DNA from: Candidatus Heimdallarchaeota archaeon
Lineage (GTDB): Archaea; Asgardarchaeota; Heimdallarchaeia; Hodarchaeales; Hodarchaeaceae
Reading direction: 5' to 3'
NCBI GenBank assembly: GCA_020353515.1
Contig: CP070695.1
Coordinates: 3,193,532 to 3,257,531, forward strand
Length of the DNA stretch: 64,000 nucleotides
Of this stretch, positions 49,605-60,922 are shown one piece after another; positions within the stretch are counted from its first letter, which is position 1; every line of letters begins with the position of its first letter. The position numbers and the translations under genes are program-made. The notes under the pieces were generated by a model. The model was not told the DNA's origin. It did not search any database and worked only from the letters and a program-made list of their open reading frames with translations.

Positions 49605-50312
49605 TCACAATTCTCGTGTTTTCTCTGGTGGATATGGATAAGCACGTTTACTCTGGGATATTCCCATATCAACGAGAGTTTCAGCCATCTTTAATGATGC
49701 AACTGTTGGATCTATAACAGGAATTCCCAATGTTTCTTGTAACTCTTTTGCTACCCCCAACATTCCAGTACATCCCAGGATTAGTGTATCTGCTCCATCT
49801 TCTTCTACTGCTTTCCTTGCTTCAGCTAAAAGTGTATCAAATGTCTTTTCTTCATTTTCTAGTTGGAGTACTGGGATCTCGATAGATCTTACCGAGGCTA
49901 ATCTCTCTGAAAATCCGTACATTCTTATTTTATTCTCGAATCGTGGAATTACTTTCTTAAGGACAACTAAGACTGAATATTTATGCCCGATAATATATGC
50001 CAAGGCTAATGAAGCCTCACCAGGCCCTACAATAGGGATTTTCGCTATTTCTCTTGCAGCATATAGGGCGGGATCACCCATACAATTTATAATAACAGCA
50101 TCAAATGCTTTTTTCTCTGCTTCTAATACATAGTTCAATATCCATGGAGAAGCGATCTGTTCATCGTACATTGATTCGATGGACGCAGGTCCTCTTCCTA
50201 AACTCACTACTGCAATATTCGTATCTGGCCGTGCCCTGGCTTTATATTCTTGAAGTGTAACTTCTTCAAAATGTTTGTTATATAAAATTGGGATTATAAC
50301 TTGGATTTCCAT
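49605..50312 (-). CDS. Hydantoin racemase / Asp-Glu racemase family
   Basis: GPASIE, INCMGDP, LGCTGM, IPVIDP. Confidence 0.9.
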   Translation of the reverse strand: MEIQVIIPILYNKHFEEVTLQEYKARARPDTNIAVVSLGRGPASIESMYDEQIASPWILNYVLEAEKKAFDAVIINCMGDPALYAAREIAKIPIVGPGEASLALAYIIGHKYSVLVVLKKVIPRFENKIRMYGFSERLASVRSIEIPVLQLENEEKTFDTLLAEARKAVEEDGADTLILGCTGMLGVAKELQETLGIPVIDPTVASLKMAETLVDMGISQSKRAYPYPPEKTREL

Positions 50313-50404
50313 TTTATCATCCTTTAAGCAAGTGATTCTTTATGTTTTAAACCTTTTAATAGGCCTTGAAGTTTTGAGATGATTGCTTAGGAATCTACAA
50401 TAAA

Positions 50405-51187
50405 ATGAAGATTATTTTATCTGGGAAAAATTTAACGAGATTTCCTGATATTGATCGTCCTGAATCTCTGGAACGATTGATATTGAGTAATAATGAATTG
50501 AATTCTCTACCTGAAACCATAAACAATTTTTTAAATTTAAAAACACTAAAATTGGATGTTAACCGCTTAACTACATTACCAGAATCACTAGGAAGATTAA
50601 CACGGCTTGAAATACTTGTTTTAAGTTATAATTACTTATCCTCACTCCCTAAGACACTAGGGACTCTAAAAAATCTAAGAATTCTAGATTTAGAGCATAA
50701 TCATTTAGACTCCCTGCCAGAAACGTTATTGGAAAATCTTTCACATCTAAGAGAATTAAATTTATCTGATAATAATTTAGAGTGTCTACCTAAAAGTATT
50801 GGAAGGCTTTCTAATCTTATGAAATTAAGTGTACGAGACAATCAATTAAGATCTCTCCCTATTTCTATTGGGACTCTTGAAAATTTGTGGTTCTTGGATC
50901 TCTATCACAATGATTTGACAACGCTTCCTGATTCATTAGGAAACCTCAAATCGCTACGAGTTCTTTACCTGAAGTCCAATAGCTTATTTTCTCTTCCAAA
51001 CACCATAGGTAACCTTAAAAATCTTCAAGAAATCGTTCTACGTGATAACAATCTTAAATCCCTTCCCAACACGCTTACAAATCTCACTAACCTCCAATAT
51101 CTAGATGTTGGATTAAACAAACTAGATAAGGTTTCCAAAAAATTAATTGAAAAGCTGTGGAATCAAGGAGTTAGAATAAACTTGTGA
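50405..51187 (+). CDS. Leucine-rich repeat protein (23-aa LRRs)
   Basis: About 10 repeats LxxLxLxxNxLxxLPxxIGxL. Confidence 0.95.
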   Translation: MKIILSGKNLTRFPDIDRPESLERLILSNNELNSLPETINNFLNLKTLKLDVNRLTTLPESLGRLTRLEILVLSYNYLSSLPKTLGTLKNLRILDLEHNHLDSLPETLLENLSHLRELNLSDNNLECLPKSIGRLSNLMKLSVRDNQLRSLPISIGTLENLWFLDLYHNDLTTLPDSLGNLKSLRVLYLKSNSLFSLPNTIGNLKNLQEIVLRDNNLKSLPNTLTNLTNLQYLDVGLNKLDKVSKKLIEKLWNQGVRINL

Positions 51188-51190
51188 TTT

Positions 51191-53029
51191 TCATATAGAT
51201 TTTCGATTTACCCTTTTAAATACTATAATAACAAACATCCCAGTAAGAAGGATAGAAAATGTCCAGCTGGGAGTTACTGATGACTTTTTTGATGATTGAA
51301 AGGTTATTTCAGTTAGATCTGGATTATTAGGGGTGGTTTCAGGATCTTCATCTTTGTTGTTATTATCACCATCTATTAGGTAGGGATCGTCCACTATCCC
51401 ATCATCATCCCTATCGGGCCCGAGCCAGTCACTCCAATAATTATGAGAGAATTCATTCTTCTCTTGATACCCTTCATCGAACACTTGTGAATCTCCATCG
51501 GGATTGTTGTCAAAGAAATCATTTTGTTCCACTTGGCAATCATCACATCCACCCAATTTTACACCATATAACTCATTGTCTCTAATGATATTGTTGGTAA
51601 TAGACCCATCTGTGACGTCTAAAAGATCAATTCCTTGATCAAGGTTATTTTCAATAATATTCCGATTAATGGTGGTATCATCTGACCAACCACCATAGAT
51701 CCCAGAAAAAGGATTATTCTTGATTGTATTGCCATCAATAGTCAAATCAGATGAATCCTCAAAATATATTCCTGAATCTTTATTATTAGCAATAAGATTG
51801 GTTGAGACATTGACATATTTCGAGAACCACACAAAGATTCCAGAAAAAAGGTTATCCATTATATAATTACCATTGATGTTTATATTTGAGCTGAAACACA
51901 CGAGAATCCCATCAACAGTTCTTTCCAGTATTTGTTCCCTAATTTCTATTTCATCACAATCAACCAGAACAATTTGTCCTGCACCTGAAGGAATAGTTTC
52001 CTCCTCTTTATTTTCCCAATAGATTAATGGCTTGTCATTTACTGTATTGCCAGTTACTTCGTCCTGTACGCACTCATCGACTTCTAAACCAAGAAGAAAT
52101 AAACCATTGTTTTGTAGTTCATTATTTTTTATTGTATTGTCTGAAGAAAACCAGAGATAAATACCAGCAGCAGTATTATTAGTAATATGATTATCATGGA
52201 TATTTAGACCCGAGCATAAGACTGCTGTTATCCCCGCAGAGCCAGCTGTTAATGTTACATCAGTTACTTCAATATTTTCACAATTATAAAGAACTATTTG
52301 ACCAGCATCGGTTGAAATAGTCCCATCATCCTCATTTTGCCAATAAATCAACGGTTTATCGTTCACGGTATTGCCAGATACTTCAGTTTGCTCACATTCT
52401 GCCGGATCTTTGAGTGCCCTAAGAATAAACCCATTATTTGAGAATTCATTGTCCAAAATTCTATTATTTGGAGAGTATCGTAGGTCAATTCCATACCAGC
52501 TATTATCTGACAAGATATTTTTTGTTATTGTCATATTTGTAGATTCTACAGTGCATATACCTCGCCAATTATTGTTTGTAAGATCGTTATTTTTAATGTA
52601 GATGTTATTACATCCATAAAAATTTATCCCATCTTGATCATTCCCTTCTATCGTGCAATCGACTATCTTGCCATTTGAAACACTGGAAAATTCGATTCCA
52701 ATGTCTCCATCCTTCAAGATACAATTACTTATTTGAAAAAACACGTCTGTATCACGAATTGATATCAAGGATCCGGAACCAGTAATTGAAAGACCATCAA
52801 TAATATACGGATCTAAATGACTACCATCACCTTCTAAGTCTTCAGAAATTATTAGATCATTGAACTCGGAGTTCCCAGAAATTGAGATGGGATTATGAGA
52901 CTCGTAATCACTAGCTACAATCTTTCTATGGGCTATTTTTGAATCCTGGTTTCCCAATCCAAATTCAGAAACCATTAGAATTAATAAGAGAAAAAATACT
53001 AGAAAAAGTAGACTTGAGGACCTTCTCAA
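51191..53029 (-). CDS. Acidic surface protein with NosD/CASH beta-helix repeats and C-terminal anchor
   Basis: GIxxxxSxNxxIxxNxIxxN repeats, NYWSDW, TPSW-TM-KR. Start set at TTG 53029 after GGAGG (ORF track gives 53170). Confidence 0.88.
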   Translation of the reverse strand: MRRSSSLLFLVFFLLLILMVSEFGLGNQDSKIAHRKIVASDYESHNPISISGNSEFNDLIISEDLEGDGSHLDPYIIDGLSITGSGSLISIRDTDVFFQISNCILKDGDIGIEFSSVSNGKIVDCTIEGNDQDGINFYGCNNIYIKNNDLTNNNWRGICTVESTNMTITKNILSDNSWYGIDLRYSPNNRILDNEFSNNGFILRALKDPAECEQTEVSGNTVNDKPLIYWQNEDDGTISTDAGQIVLYNCENIEVTDVTLTAGSAGITAVLCSGLNIHDNHITNNTAAGIYLWFSSDNTIKNNELQNNGLFLLGLEVDECVQDEVTGNTVNDKPLIYWENKEEETIPSGAGQIVLVDCDEIEIREQILERTVDGILVCFSSNININGNYIMDNLFSGIFVWFSKYVNVSTNLIANNKDSGIYFEDSSDLTIDGNTIKNNPFSGIYGGWSDDTTINRNIIENNLDQGIDLLDVTDGSITNNIIRDNELYGVKLGGCDDCQVEQNDFFDNNPDGDSQVFDEGYQEKNEFSHNYWSDWLGPDRDDDGIVDDPYLIDGDNNNKDEDPETTPNNPDLTEITFQSSKKSSVTPSWTFSILLTGMFVIIVFKRVNRKSI

Positions 53030-53084
53030 TATTAATAACCTCCACTCTCCTCCTTGGGTTTTCTCCAGATATTTAATGTTTTCA

Positions 53085-53402
53085 TCAAGTTGACTTTGAC
53101 CGATTTTCGATAATCTGACATCTTCTAGTACGTAGTTCAATTCGATATTCTGCAATAAAATATCCTGCAAAGAAAATCAAAAGAAATAAGGCTATTTGTG
53201 AAGTTATATGCAGAATGAAGAAAAAAGGTGGAAGTATTTCCTGGAGTTCATAAAGACTAAGTGGGGAGATTTGGGGATAAAATGAGCTCACAATTATTCC
53301 TCCTCCAAATGATAAAAGAAAAAGGAAGCAGATCAACATTACTCGCTTAAATTCGAAGAAAAATAGTCTAATTTGTGATATGTTTACCTCAGAATCCTCC
53401 AT
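53085..53402 (-). CDS. Small two-TM hypothetical protein
   Basis: Hydropathy. ATG follows GGAG. Confidence 0.55.
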   Translation of the reverse strand: MEDSEVNISQIRLFFFEFKRVMLICFLFLLSFGGGIIVSSFYPQISPLSLYELQEILPPFFFILHITSQIALFLLIFFAGYFIAEYRIELRTRRCQIIENRSKST

Positions 53403-53525
53403 TTGTACATATCTCCGTGTAGAAAGTACATTTTTTATTTATCTTCTGAATTGAAAAATCAATCAATGACTGCAAAATTTACAGGTTTTTCCATTTTGTT
53501 TAAATCATCAAATAAATTATCTGTA

Positions 53526-54770
53526 TCAGAAGAATTCACGGTAGAAATTAGTTTGTGGAGGAAATAGCTGATTTAGTATTGGAAGCATTTCTTCTGAACA
53601 ATCTATCTCCCATGAATCATATAGTTGAGATGCAGTTCTGAACCCCACGATCATTTGTGATAAGGATCCAATATCTATAGTCACATCGGGGGATTGTGAT
53701 GTTTCTTCAAGATTTGCTTTTCCTTCTGAAACAATAAATGTGAAGGCTTTGTTATTCCATTCACACAATTGATCATTTACTTTTATAACGAATTTGATAT
53801 CTTTTAAATAGCCAAATGCTTCAATAACTGATTTTACATCAACAATTCGTGTCATTGAGCCAGGAAAAACTTCATTGGCCTTTACTCTTGCTTCTATAAG
53901 AGATTCCAAGATATTGGGATCTGTGGTGGAGAATACAACATATTTTCGATGATCCTCGTGCCTTTTAAGGAAGTTAAACAAAGCTTGTTTGGTTTTTCTA
54001 TCATACCAAAATATTTCTTGTAAATAAATGGTAGCAGCACTATTTTCTACCCCTTCATCCTGTGGTGGCTGGTGCTCCAAAAATCTCGCGATTAAATACC
54101 CGCAGGGATTGTCTTTGTCATCATAACATACAAAAAGATACCCAGGTTCTTTAGGATTAACTTTTCGTCGCCAATCTTCCTCTGTTCGCTTTCCCATATA
54201 ATTATATTTTTTTCCTGCGATATTGGAGTAAACTTCTTTGAGATCATCGAGTTCAAAGACTTCCCTCACTACTCTATCAGAAATCGGACGGAAAATGAAT
54301 TTATTTGTCTCAATGTGGTATCTATGATTAATATTTGCGAGTTTCCAGCCGAATTTTTGGTAGAATGAGAATTTGAAAGGATAAAGACATGATATTTGGA
54401 TTTTGTTGTTGTACATCTTTTCTAATGTTAGTTGAGTTAATTGTCGGATAAGTCCCCTATTACGATAGTGTGGTGCAGTCGCCACCCCCCAAATACCAGA
54501 CATTGGGAATTCTTTGTTACGAATGACAACAATTGAGGTAAAATATGCAAATGAGGAGACCAATGTACCTTTATCAAAACACCCATAAACCTGACTCATA
54601 TCCTTGAGGTGTGGCTGTGTTTCTTCATAATCTTCTTTAACCACACCCTCATAAGTATTTCGTGCTGGTTCAAATGCATATCGTTCTAACCGAGCAAACG
54701 CTTCTCGGTCTTCAGAAGTAAGTTGCCGCATTTCCAATGTGTAAACCTCAAATGGTACCTTTAATATCAT
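53526..54770 (-). CDS. Eis-family GNAT acetyltransferase with SCP2 domain
   Basis: GVATAPHYRNRGL, LYPFKFSFYQKFGW, RIVDV, DQLCEWN. Confidence 0.92.
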   Translation of the reverse strand: MILKVPFEVYTLEMRQLTSEDREAFARLERYAFEPARNTYEGVVKEDYEETQPHLKDMSQVYGCFDKGTLVSSFAYFTSIVVIRNKEFPMSGIWGVATAPHYRNRGLIRQLTQLTLEKMYNNKIQISCLYPFKFSFYQKFGWKLANINHRYHIETNKFIFRPISDRVVREVFELDDLKEVYSNIAGKKYNYMGKRTEEDWRRKVNPKEPGYLFVCYDDKDNPCGYLIARFLEHQPPQDEGVENSAATIYLQEIFWYDRKTKQALFNFLKRHEDHRKYVVFSTTDPNILESLIEARVKANEVFPGSMTRIVDVKSVIEAFGYLKDIKFVIKVNDQLCEWNNKAFTFIVSEGKANLEETSQSPDVTIDIGSLSQMIVGFRTASQLYDSWEIDCSEEMLPILNQLFPPQTNFYREFF

Positions 54771-54989
54771 CTTGTTAGCATTTAGTTTAGATTAAATGTT
54801 CTAGAAGGTTCCCAAAACGATGTTAATGGTTTTTAACATACACAAATAAGACTAGTTGATATGGCAATTGATTTGAATTGAGAGATTCTTAGAATGTAAT
54901 GCCGAGGAATTTTTCACATACAATAACAATAATATAGGAATAGTTCTTCGCATACTTGATTTAATAAAATACATCATTTTTTAGTAGGA

Positions 54990-57383
54990 TTGATGCAACT
55001 GACCCATAAGAGAATAGCATTCCCTTTTTCCGCTATCGTTGCGATGGATAAATTAAAATTAGCAACAATAGTAAACGCAATTAATCCTAAAATTGGAGGA
55101 GTGCTAATTCAAGGAGCAAAGGGTTCAGGAAAAACCACAGTTGCTCGTGGATTAACTGATATTCTTCCAGAATTGGAAGTAGTAAAAGGGTGTTCATTCA
55201 ATTGCAACCCTCATGATCTTTCAAATATGTGTGAAACATGTGGTGAAAAATATCGTAAAGGAGAGCAATTTGAAATAGAAGAGAGGGAGATGGCAGTCGT
55301 AGATCTTCCACTGGGAGCAACAGAGGATCGAGTAGTTGGAAGTCTCGATGTAGAAAAAGCAATAAAGCATGGAATAGGAGCATTAGAACCAGGGATCCTT
55401 GCAGAAGCAAACCAGAATATTCTATATGTTGATGAAGTCAATTTGCTACCTGACCATGTAGCTGACGATTTATTAGATGCAGCTGCAACAGGATGGAATG
55501 TGGTTGAGCGTGAAGGAATTTCAGTTCGCCATCCCTCCCGATTCGTATTCATAGGAACCATGAATCCTGAAGAGGGACAACTTAGACCACAACTCTTAGA
55601 TCGCTTCCCTTTGTCTGTAAGTGTTGAAAGAATAATGACTGTTGAAGACAGAATGGAAGTAGTTAAGAGAACCATTGAGTTTGAAGCGAATCCTGAACGT
55701 TTCATCGAAATCTATAAAGAAAGTCAAATAGAATTACGAAATCGAATAATTGCTGCAAGAAAGTTGTTGTCAAAAGTTGAGTTACCTGAAAAGCTCCTTG
55801 AAGTCATTTGCCTTACCTGCTTAGATCTTCAGGTCGATGGGATGAGACCCGATATTGTCATAAGCAAAACAGCACAAACATTAGCAGCATTTGAAAACAG
55901 AAGTGTTGTTACCCCAGATGACATCTTGATTGCTTCAGAACTTACATTAAAACACAGAACTAGAGAGGGAGGTTTTCAGGATCCTGCAACACCAGAAGAA
56001 ATAGCGAAATTATTTGTAGCAAAAGTAAAGCAGGTAAAATACGTCGAACAAATTGAATCTTCAGATACTGACCAAAAAAAAAAGCGGGAAAAACCTAAAG
56101 GCCGAGTCATGATTTGGGCTCCACAAGAAACAACAGAAAAAGAAGAAGATTTGGCTCATAGGAAGAGTAGTAAGACTCGGGCAAGGATTTTTCAATTTTT
56201 TAGCAGGATCGGTCCAAGCTTCGCACTTGGTAAGAGACTGAGGAAAAGTCCTGAAGACTCCCCCGTCATGAATGGTGCTATAAAACAAGCAGAAAATATT
56301 AAAGGTGAGATTTCTGAAGGAGTAGAACGGGGCAAGTTTAAGGGGATTCCCTCTGTCACTTATGCAGTTAAGTCTTCTGATATGAGAAAAGGTAATTCTT
56401 TAATCTCAAGGATAAAAGATAGTATCCTTTCACCATTTAAACCTCCTGATTTTAAAAAAACTCGATTTAAAGGAGTTAGTAGTACTGCTGGAAAACGAGC
56501 GGAGTCGATTACAACTCTCCATCGCGGCCGACCTTGGGGTTGGAAGTTTCCGAAGGGAAAACCATCAGATATTCATTTACCAGCAACAATTAGAGCTGCA
56601 GCTAGACATCAGAATCATCGAGTCCCGTCTCTAGGAACTTCGATTAGTATATCCTTAGAGGATGTCCGAGAAAAGTTAAGAGTATACAAGGCTCCTATGA
56701 CGCTAATCTTTGTCATAGATCTTAGTGGATCTATGATGTTCAATATTGAAGCTAGTAAAGAAGCCCTCCTACGGTTGCATAGAGATGCCTACCGTTATAG
56801 AGATAAAGTAGGTATTGTAGCTCTCAAAGATACAAGAGCTGTTGTTGTTCAACATCCTATCACAAACTTAGGTGTGGTAGCAAACAAGCTATTCGGATTA
56901 AAAATCAGTGGGTTCACTCCTTTGGCAGCGGGTATGTTAAAAGCGCTGGACGTCTTAAAGGAAACTAGACGTCGGGATAGAGCAACTATTCCAGTCATTG
57001 TTATCATTACGGATGGAAACACAAATGTCCCGCTTTATAGAAGTCTAGAGACTGGAGAACTTCGTGATTTCAAAGAGCTAGGAATCGCATTAAGGGAATT
57101 TGAAGATTTAGCCGTTAAGGATGTGGTCTCTGTTTCTAAAGCCATTGAAAGAGAAGGGATCCATACAGTGATTGTTAATACAAACCCTCATTATATTGGA
57201 CGTGAAACTTATGGTTTTGCAGTAACGAAAATCATTACCTCTATAACCAAGGGAAGTCATCACCAAATTAGCAGACTTAGTGACGGCGAAGAGCTTGTCG
57301 AAGACATCTTTGAAGGTATTAGTGAAGACCAAAGAAAAATTTCTGCAGGAGTCCCTTTATCACAACTCAATGTATGGGATTGA
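54990..57383 (+). CDS. Mg/Co-chelatase D-type subunit (AAA+ plus VWA)
   Basis: [52 protein letters not shown]. Confidence 0.92.
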   Translation: MMQLTHKRIAFPFSAIVAMDKLKLATIVNAINPKIGGVLIQGAKGSGKTTVARGLTDILPELEVVKGCSFNCNPHDLSNMCETCGEKYRKGEQFEIEEREMAVVDLPLGATEDRVVGSLDVEKAIKHGIGALEPGILAEANQNILYVDEVNLLPDHVADDLLDAAATGWNVVEREGISVRHPSRFVFIGTMNPEEGQLRPQLLDRFPLSVSVERIMTVEDRMEVVKRTIEFEANPERFIEIYKESQIELRNRIIAARKLLSKVELPEKLLEVICLTCLDLQVDGMRPDIVISKTAQTLAAFENRSVVTPDDILIASELTLKHRTREGGFQDPATPEEIAKLFVAKVKQVKYVEQIESSDTDQKKKREKPKGRVMIWAPQETTEKEEDLAHRKSSKTRARIFQFFSRIGPSFALGKRLRKSPEDSPVMNGAIKQAENIKGEISEGVERGKFKGIPSVTYAVKSSDMRKGNSLISRIKDSILSPFKPPDFKKTRFKGVSSTAGKRAESITTLHRGRPWGWKFPKGKPSDIHLPATIRAAARHQNHRVPSLGTSISISLEDVREKLRVYKAPMTLIFVIDLSGSMMFNIEASKEALLRLHRDAYRYRDKVGIVALKDTRAVVVQHPITNLGVVANKLFGLKISGFTPLAAGMLKALDVLKETRRRDRATIPVIVIITDGNTNVPLYRSLETGELRDFKELGIALREFEDLAVKDVVSVSKAIEREGIHTVIVNTNPHYIGRETYGFAVTKIITSITKGSHHQISRLSDGEELVEDIFEGISEDQRKISAGVPLSQLNVWD

Positions 57384-57480
57384 TCCCAATCTAGTTTAGA
57401 CCTTCAAAAATCAGTGGGAGAAAAACTGTTTAAGTGGATGAATATTACCTGAAAATGGCACACATCTAACAAGTGTTTAA

Positions 57481-60400
57481 TTAGTAAAATGAAATGTCGA
57501 AATACGATTGTAATTCTCTAACCAATGTGAAGGCATGTTTTATTGCCTCAGTAGTCTTGATACATGAGAGTTCTATATATAATTCTCCTATAATTTTCGA
57601 TTCGGCCTTAATTAATGCTGTACCTAAAGAATTCAATCCATTAGCGATCTCTGTTCGCAATTTGATCCCTCTAATTATTTTATCTTCCCCCTTTAGAGTT
57701 ATATCCTTCCACGGATTGTCCCATATTGACTCCCGTGGATCACCATCGATTTTCAACTCAATGAATAGCTTTTCTGAGATTTCTGGTTTTTTCAAGCAAC
57801 CACTCATTATGATCTGATTTTGGTCTAGTTTCACAAGGATTTCTTTAATTGATCCTGAATATGGAACTAATTGTGCATTAAGACCAGTATCAGCTTTTTT
57901 AAAAATCACGTCTTTTACTCGATACTGAATGGATGAAAATAATTTTTCATCATCATCAACTGGTTTTATGGGTGGGGGAATTTCTATGGCTTTCTTTACT
58001 GGTTGAAGGTCTGCTGTAATAACTGGTTCAGCTGGTTCCTCCACTAAAGGCTTTTCTGGTACCTTTGGTTCTAGCTTTAGGAGTTTAGGTGGAAGAGTTG
58101 GTTCTATTTCAGAGGGTTCTTCTCTAACAACAGGCTTTATTTTTGTAGGTTCTTTTATTGGTGGTTCGGGTTTCAATGGTTCTACTAAAATTACTGGTTC
58201 CTTGATTGGGGTCTTTATATGAACAGTAGGTTCTATTTCCAGAGACTCTTTAACAGCAGGTTCTATCATCAGGGGTTCTTCTTGAATAAGGGGCTCTATA
58301 ATTCTAGCTAGTTGCGTATCGGGAGCTGGGGTCGGTTTCTTCTTTGTTGAGTAACGCCATGCAAAAAAACCAAAAGAAAGGATTATTATTATTCCACTGA
58401 TAAGGAGTAGTAAAAACAATACAATGGATAATAAATCTGGGATAAAAGAGTCCGATGGAGGAATTATATTCTTAACGCTAAATGTTTGGTCTGATATATC
58501 TTCTGTTGTTAAGCCTCCAGAACTGGTTGCTACTACTTTGATCAAATAGGTAGTTCCATCAGGAAGGCTGGTGGTGTTCCAATCATAACGAGTAGTGGTT
58601 AACCTTGAAGCTATTGGATCCCAACTACTCCCGTTATCAGAGGAATAGTATAGAGTATAAGTGACATTGTGACCCAACGAATCTGTTGAAGCTGACCATT
58701 GAATAGTGATGGTTTCATTGAGGATTTCCCCACCATTGGGAGATAAAACACTTACTTGTGTAATGTAATGTATAGAAAATGTACCATCAGAGACGTCTTC
58801 AGCTGTTAACTCCTCTGAACATGTTGCTACAACATGTATCGTTAAAGATGTCCCCTCAGTAATTGTCGAAGTATCCCAACTGTATTGAGTTGTAGTTAAT
58901 CCTGAACCTAGCAAATTCCAAGTATTTCCATTATTGGTTGAATAGAATACGGTATAGGTGACATCATGACCTAATCCATCATTAGATGCTGACCATTGAA
59001 CTGAGATGGTTCCATTTAGAGTTTCCCCTCCATTAGGAAATATGATAGTCGGTGTGGAAAGAGTATTATGAATTGAAATTATATCATCAGAAATATCTTC
59101 AGCTATTAATCCTTCTGAACAGATTGCAACAACCTTAATCAAGTATGTTGACCCATCAGCGACAGAGACAGTGTTCCAACTATAATTCGTTGTATTTAAT
59201 CCTGATACTAAAGTCTCCCAAGTGTCCCCATTATCCGCAGAAATGTTTATTGAATAGACCACCTTATGTCCTAACGAATCTATTACTGGTAACCACTGAA
59301 TTCCTTCAGTCCAAGTGTAGATTTCACCTCCATTGGGAACCACGACAGTAGGCTCTGTAAGTATGTCTACTAAAGCAGTTGGATACTGGGAAGTCAAAGG
59401 ATATGAGTCTTGGCCTCCTCCATCCATGTGATAGGGATTATCAACTATATTATCAACATCAATGTCAGGATTTGTCCATTCACTCCAGTAGTTGAAAGCA
59501 AATACATTCATACTCCCCTCAATTAATGAGCCCTCATTTAATGCTTGAGGACTATTTGGGGGATAATTCCCTTCACCGTTTCCAATGAAATTGTTCCAAC
59601 TAATAGTATTATAACTTGTAAAACTACAATCGAGACCATAATAATAATTATCTGCTAGATTGTTACTTGAAATGTTATTATAATTTGCAGAAGTACCTAA
59701 ATTAATTCCCCTCCCATCATTATCAAAAATATTATTGCCAGTCAAGATGTTGTTTAGTCCATCAAGGTGGATACCGTTCATAGTATTGTTATATATGGTA
59801 TTTCTTTCAATTACATTAGAATCAGACGTTCCATCTCCGAGTTCAATCCTAATTCCGTCTCCAGGAGTCTTAAATACAGTATTATTTCTGATAATGCACT
59901 CTGAGGAACCCCGAATATTGATCCCACAATCAACCCCGTTTTCATAAACGGTATTATTGGAAATAACAGCGTGAATAGAACTTTCGATATAGATTCCTAA
60001 TCCATTACATCCATGAACAGTATTGTTGGTAATCACGTTATAATCTGAATAGTAATTAGTGATTCCTTCAAAATTATTAAATATAAAATTATTTGTAACA
60101 GAATTATTCAATGAGTTTTCTACATAGATCCCAGGGCCTCCTCCTGCATCTTGAACACTATTATTCGTTATTTCATTATTATTCCCATAGATCCATATTC
60201 CATTAACATTATCAAAATAATCGTTAGAACTGATGATGTTATTATTACCATTAATAATAAATGGGAACTCAATGTTATAGAAAGTATTATTGAAAATAGT
60301 ATTATTATTAGATTCAGTGAGAAGAATCCCCCATCGCTCATTATTCCCCCCAATAGAATTATGAATTGTGTTATTGACAATATAACCAGAGCTCACATTC

Positions 60401-60894
60401 CGAAGAGAGATTCCTGTTATACCATTAACAAAAAAGGAGTCCCTAATCTGGAAGCACAGATCAGTGTTTAAAATTTCTACTAGAAAATCTGAACTAGTTA
60501 TTTGGAATCCAGAAATAATAATTGGATTACTCTCCATTCCATTTCCAGACCAACCCTCGGTAATAGATTGATTGATAAAATCGGTGTTGCCATCTATAAA
60601 AATAGGATCATGGTCTATAAAGGTGGAAGAAGTAAATTTTAGTTCTTTTTTTGAAACTATTTCATGTATGTTTCCAGTGTTAATAAAAGAGTGATTATCT
60701 CCGTTAATTTCAATAAAACGAGACGTTATACCTCTGAGATCTAGAAATCCAAAATTTTCAGAACCTCTCAAAGGGAGGATCAGTATTAAACAACAAGTCA
60801 AAATTCCAATAAGAATGATTGTGTTTATTACGAACTTCCTCCATGCTAATCTCGTCATCTTATTACTGAAAAGTGTAATATGACTTTTATTCAT
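57481..60894 (-). CDS. Receptor-like single-pass protein: CASH beta-helix, 3 Ig-like repeats, TM, Pro/Glu linker, unrecognised cytoplasmic domain
   Basis: N-terminal signal/TM, beta-helix repeats, three PNGGE repeats, TM LLSIVLFLLLLISGIIIILSFGFFAW, EP-rich linker, C-terminal domain shared with the next gene. Confidence 0.88.
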   Translation of the reverse strand: MNKSHITLFSNKMTRLAWRKFVINTIILIGILTCCLILILPLRGSENFGFLDLRGITSRFIEINGDNHSFINTGNIHEIVSKKELKFTSSTFIDHDPIFIDGNTDFINQSITEGWSGNGMESNPIIISGFQITSSDFLVEILNTDLCFQIRDSFFVNGITGISLRNVSSGYIVNNTIHNSIGGNNERWGILLTESNNNTIFNNTFYNIEFPFIINGNNNIISSNDYFDNVNGIWIYGNNNEITNNSVQDAGGGPGIYVENSLNNSVTNNFIFNNFEGITNYYSDYNVITNNTVHGCNGLGIYIESSIHAVISNNTVYENGVDCGINIRGSSECIIRNNTVFKTPGDGIRIELGDGTSDSNVIERNTIYNNTMNGIHLDGLNNILTGNNIFDNDGRGINLGTSANYNNISSNNLADNYYYGLDCSFTSYNTISWNNFIGNGEGNYPPNSPQALNEGSLIEGSMNVFAFNYWSEWTNPDIDVDNIVDNPYHMDGGGQDSYPLTSQYPTALVDILTEPTVVVPNGGEIYTWTEGIQWLPVIDSLGHKVVYSINISADNGDTWETLVSGLNTTNYSWNTVSVADGSTYLIKVVAICSEGLIAEDISDDIISIHNTLSTPTIIFPNGGETLNGTISVQWSASNDGLGHDVTYTVFYSTNNGNTWNLLGSGLTTTQYSWDTSTITEGTSLTIHVVATCSEELTAEDVSDGTFSIHYITQVSVLSPNGGEILNETITIQWSASTDSLGHNVTYTLYYSSDNGSSWDPIASRLTTTRYDWNTTSLPDGTTYLIKVVATSSGGLTTEDISDQTFSVKNIIPPSDSFIPDLLSIVLFLLLLISGIIIILSFGFFAWRYSTKKKPTPAPDTQLARIIEPLIQEEPLMIEPAVKESLEIEPTVHIKTPIKEPVILVEPLKPEPPIKEPTKIKPVVREEPSEIEPTLPPKLLKLEPKVPEKPLVEEPAEPVITADLQPVKKAIEIPPPIKPVDDDEKLFSSIQYRVKDVIFKKADTGLNAQLVPYSGSIKEILVKLDQNQIIMSGCLKKPEISEKLFIELKIDGDPRESIWDNPWKDITLKGEDKIIRGIKLRTEIANGLNSLGTALIKAESKIIGELYIELSCIKTTEAIKHAFTLVRELQSYFDISFY
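58475..59350 (-). repeat. Three tandem ~100-aa Ig/FN3-like coding repeats
   Basis: PNGGE...QW...D.LGH.V.Y...S.DNG..W...L.TT.Y.W.T...G..Y.I.VVA, three times. Confidence 0.85.
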
Positions 60895-60922
60895 TTCTGA
60901 ACCTCCTTTGGTTCATAATGGA

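Noticed and set aside
54990-57383. Chlorophyll biosynthesis
   Set aside because: No other bch/chl genes. D-type AAA+/VWA proteins are common in non-phototrophic archaea.
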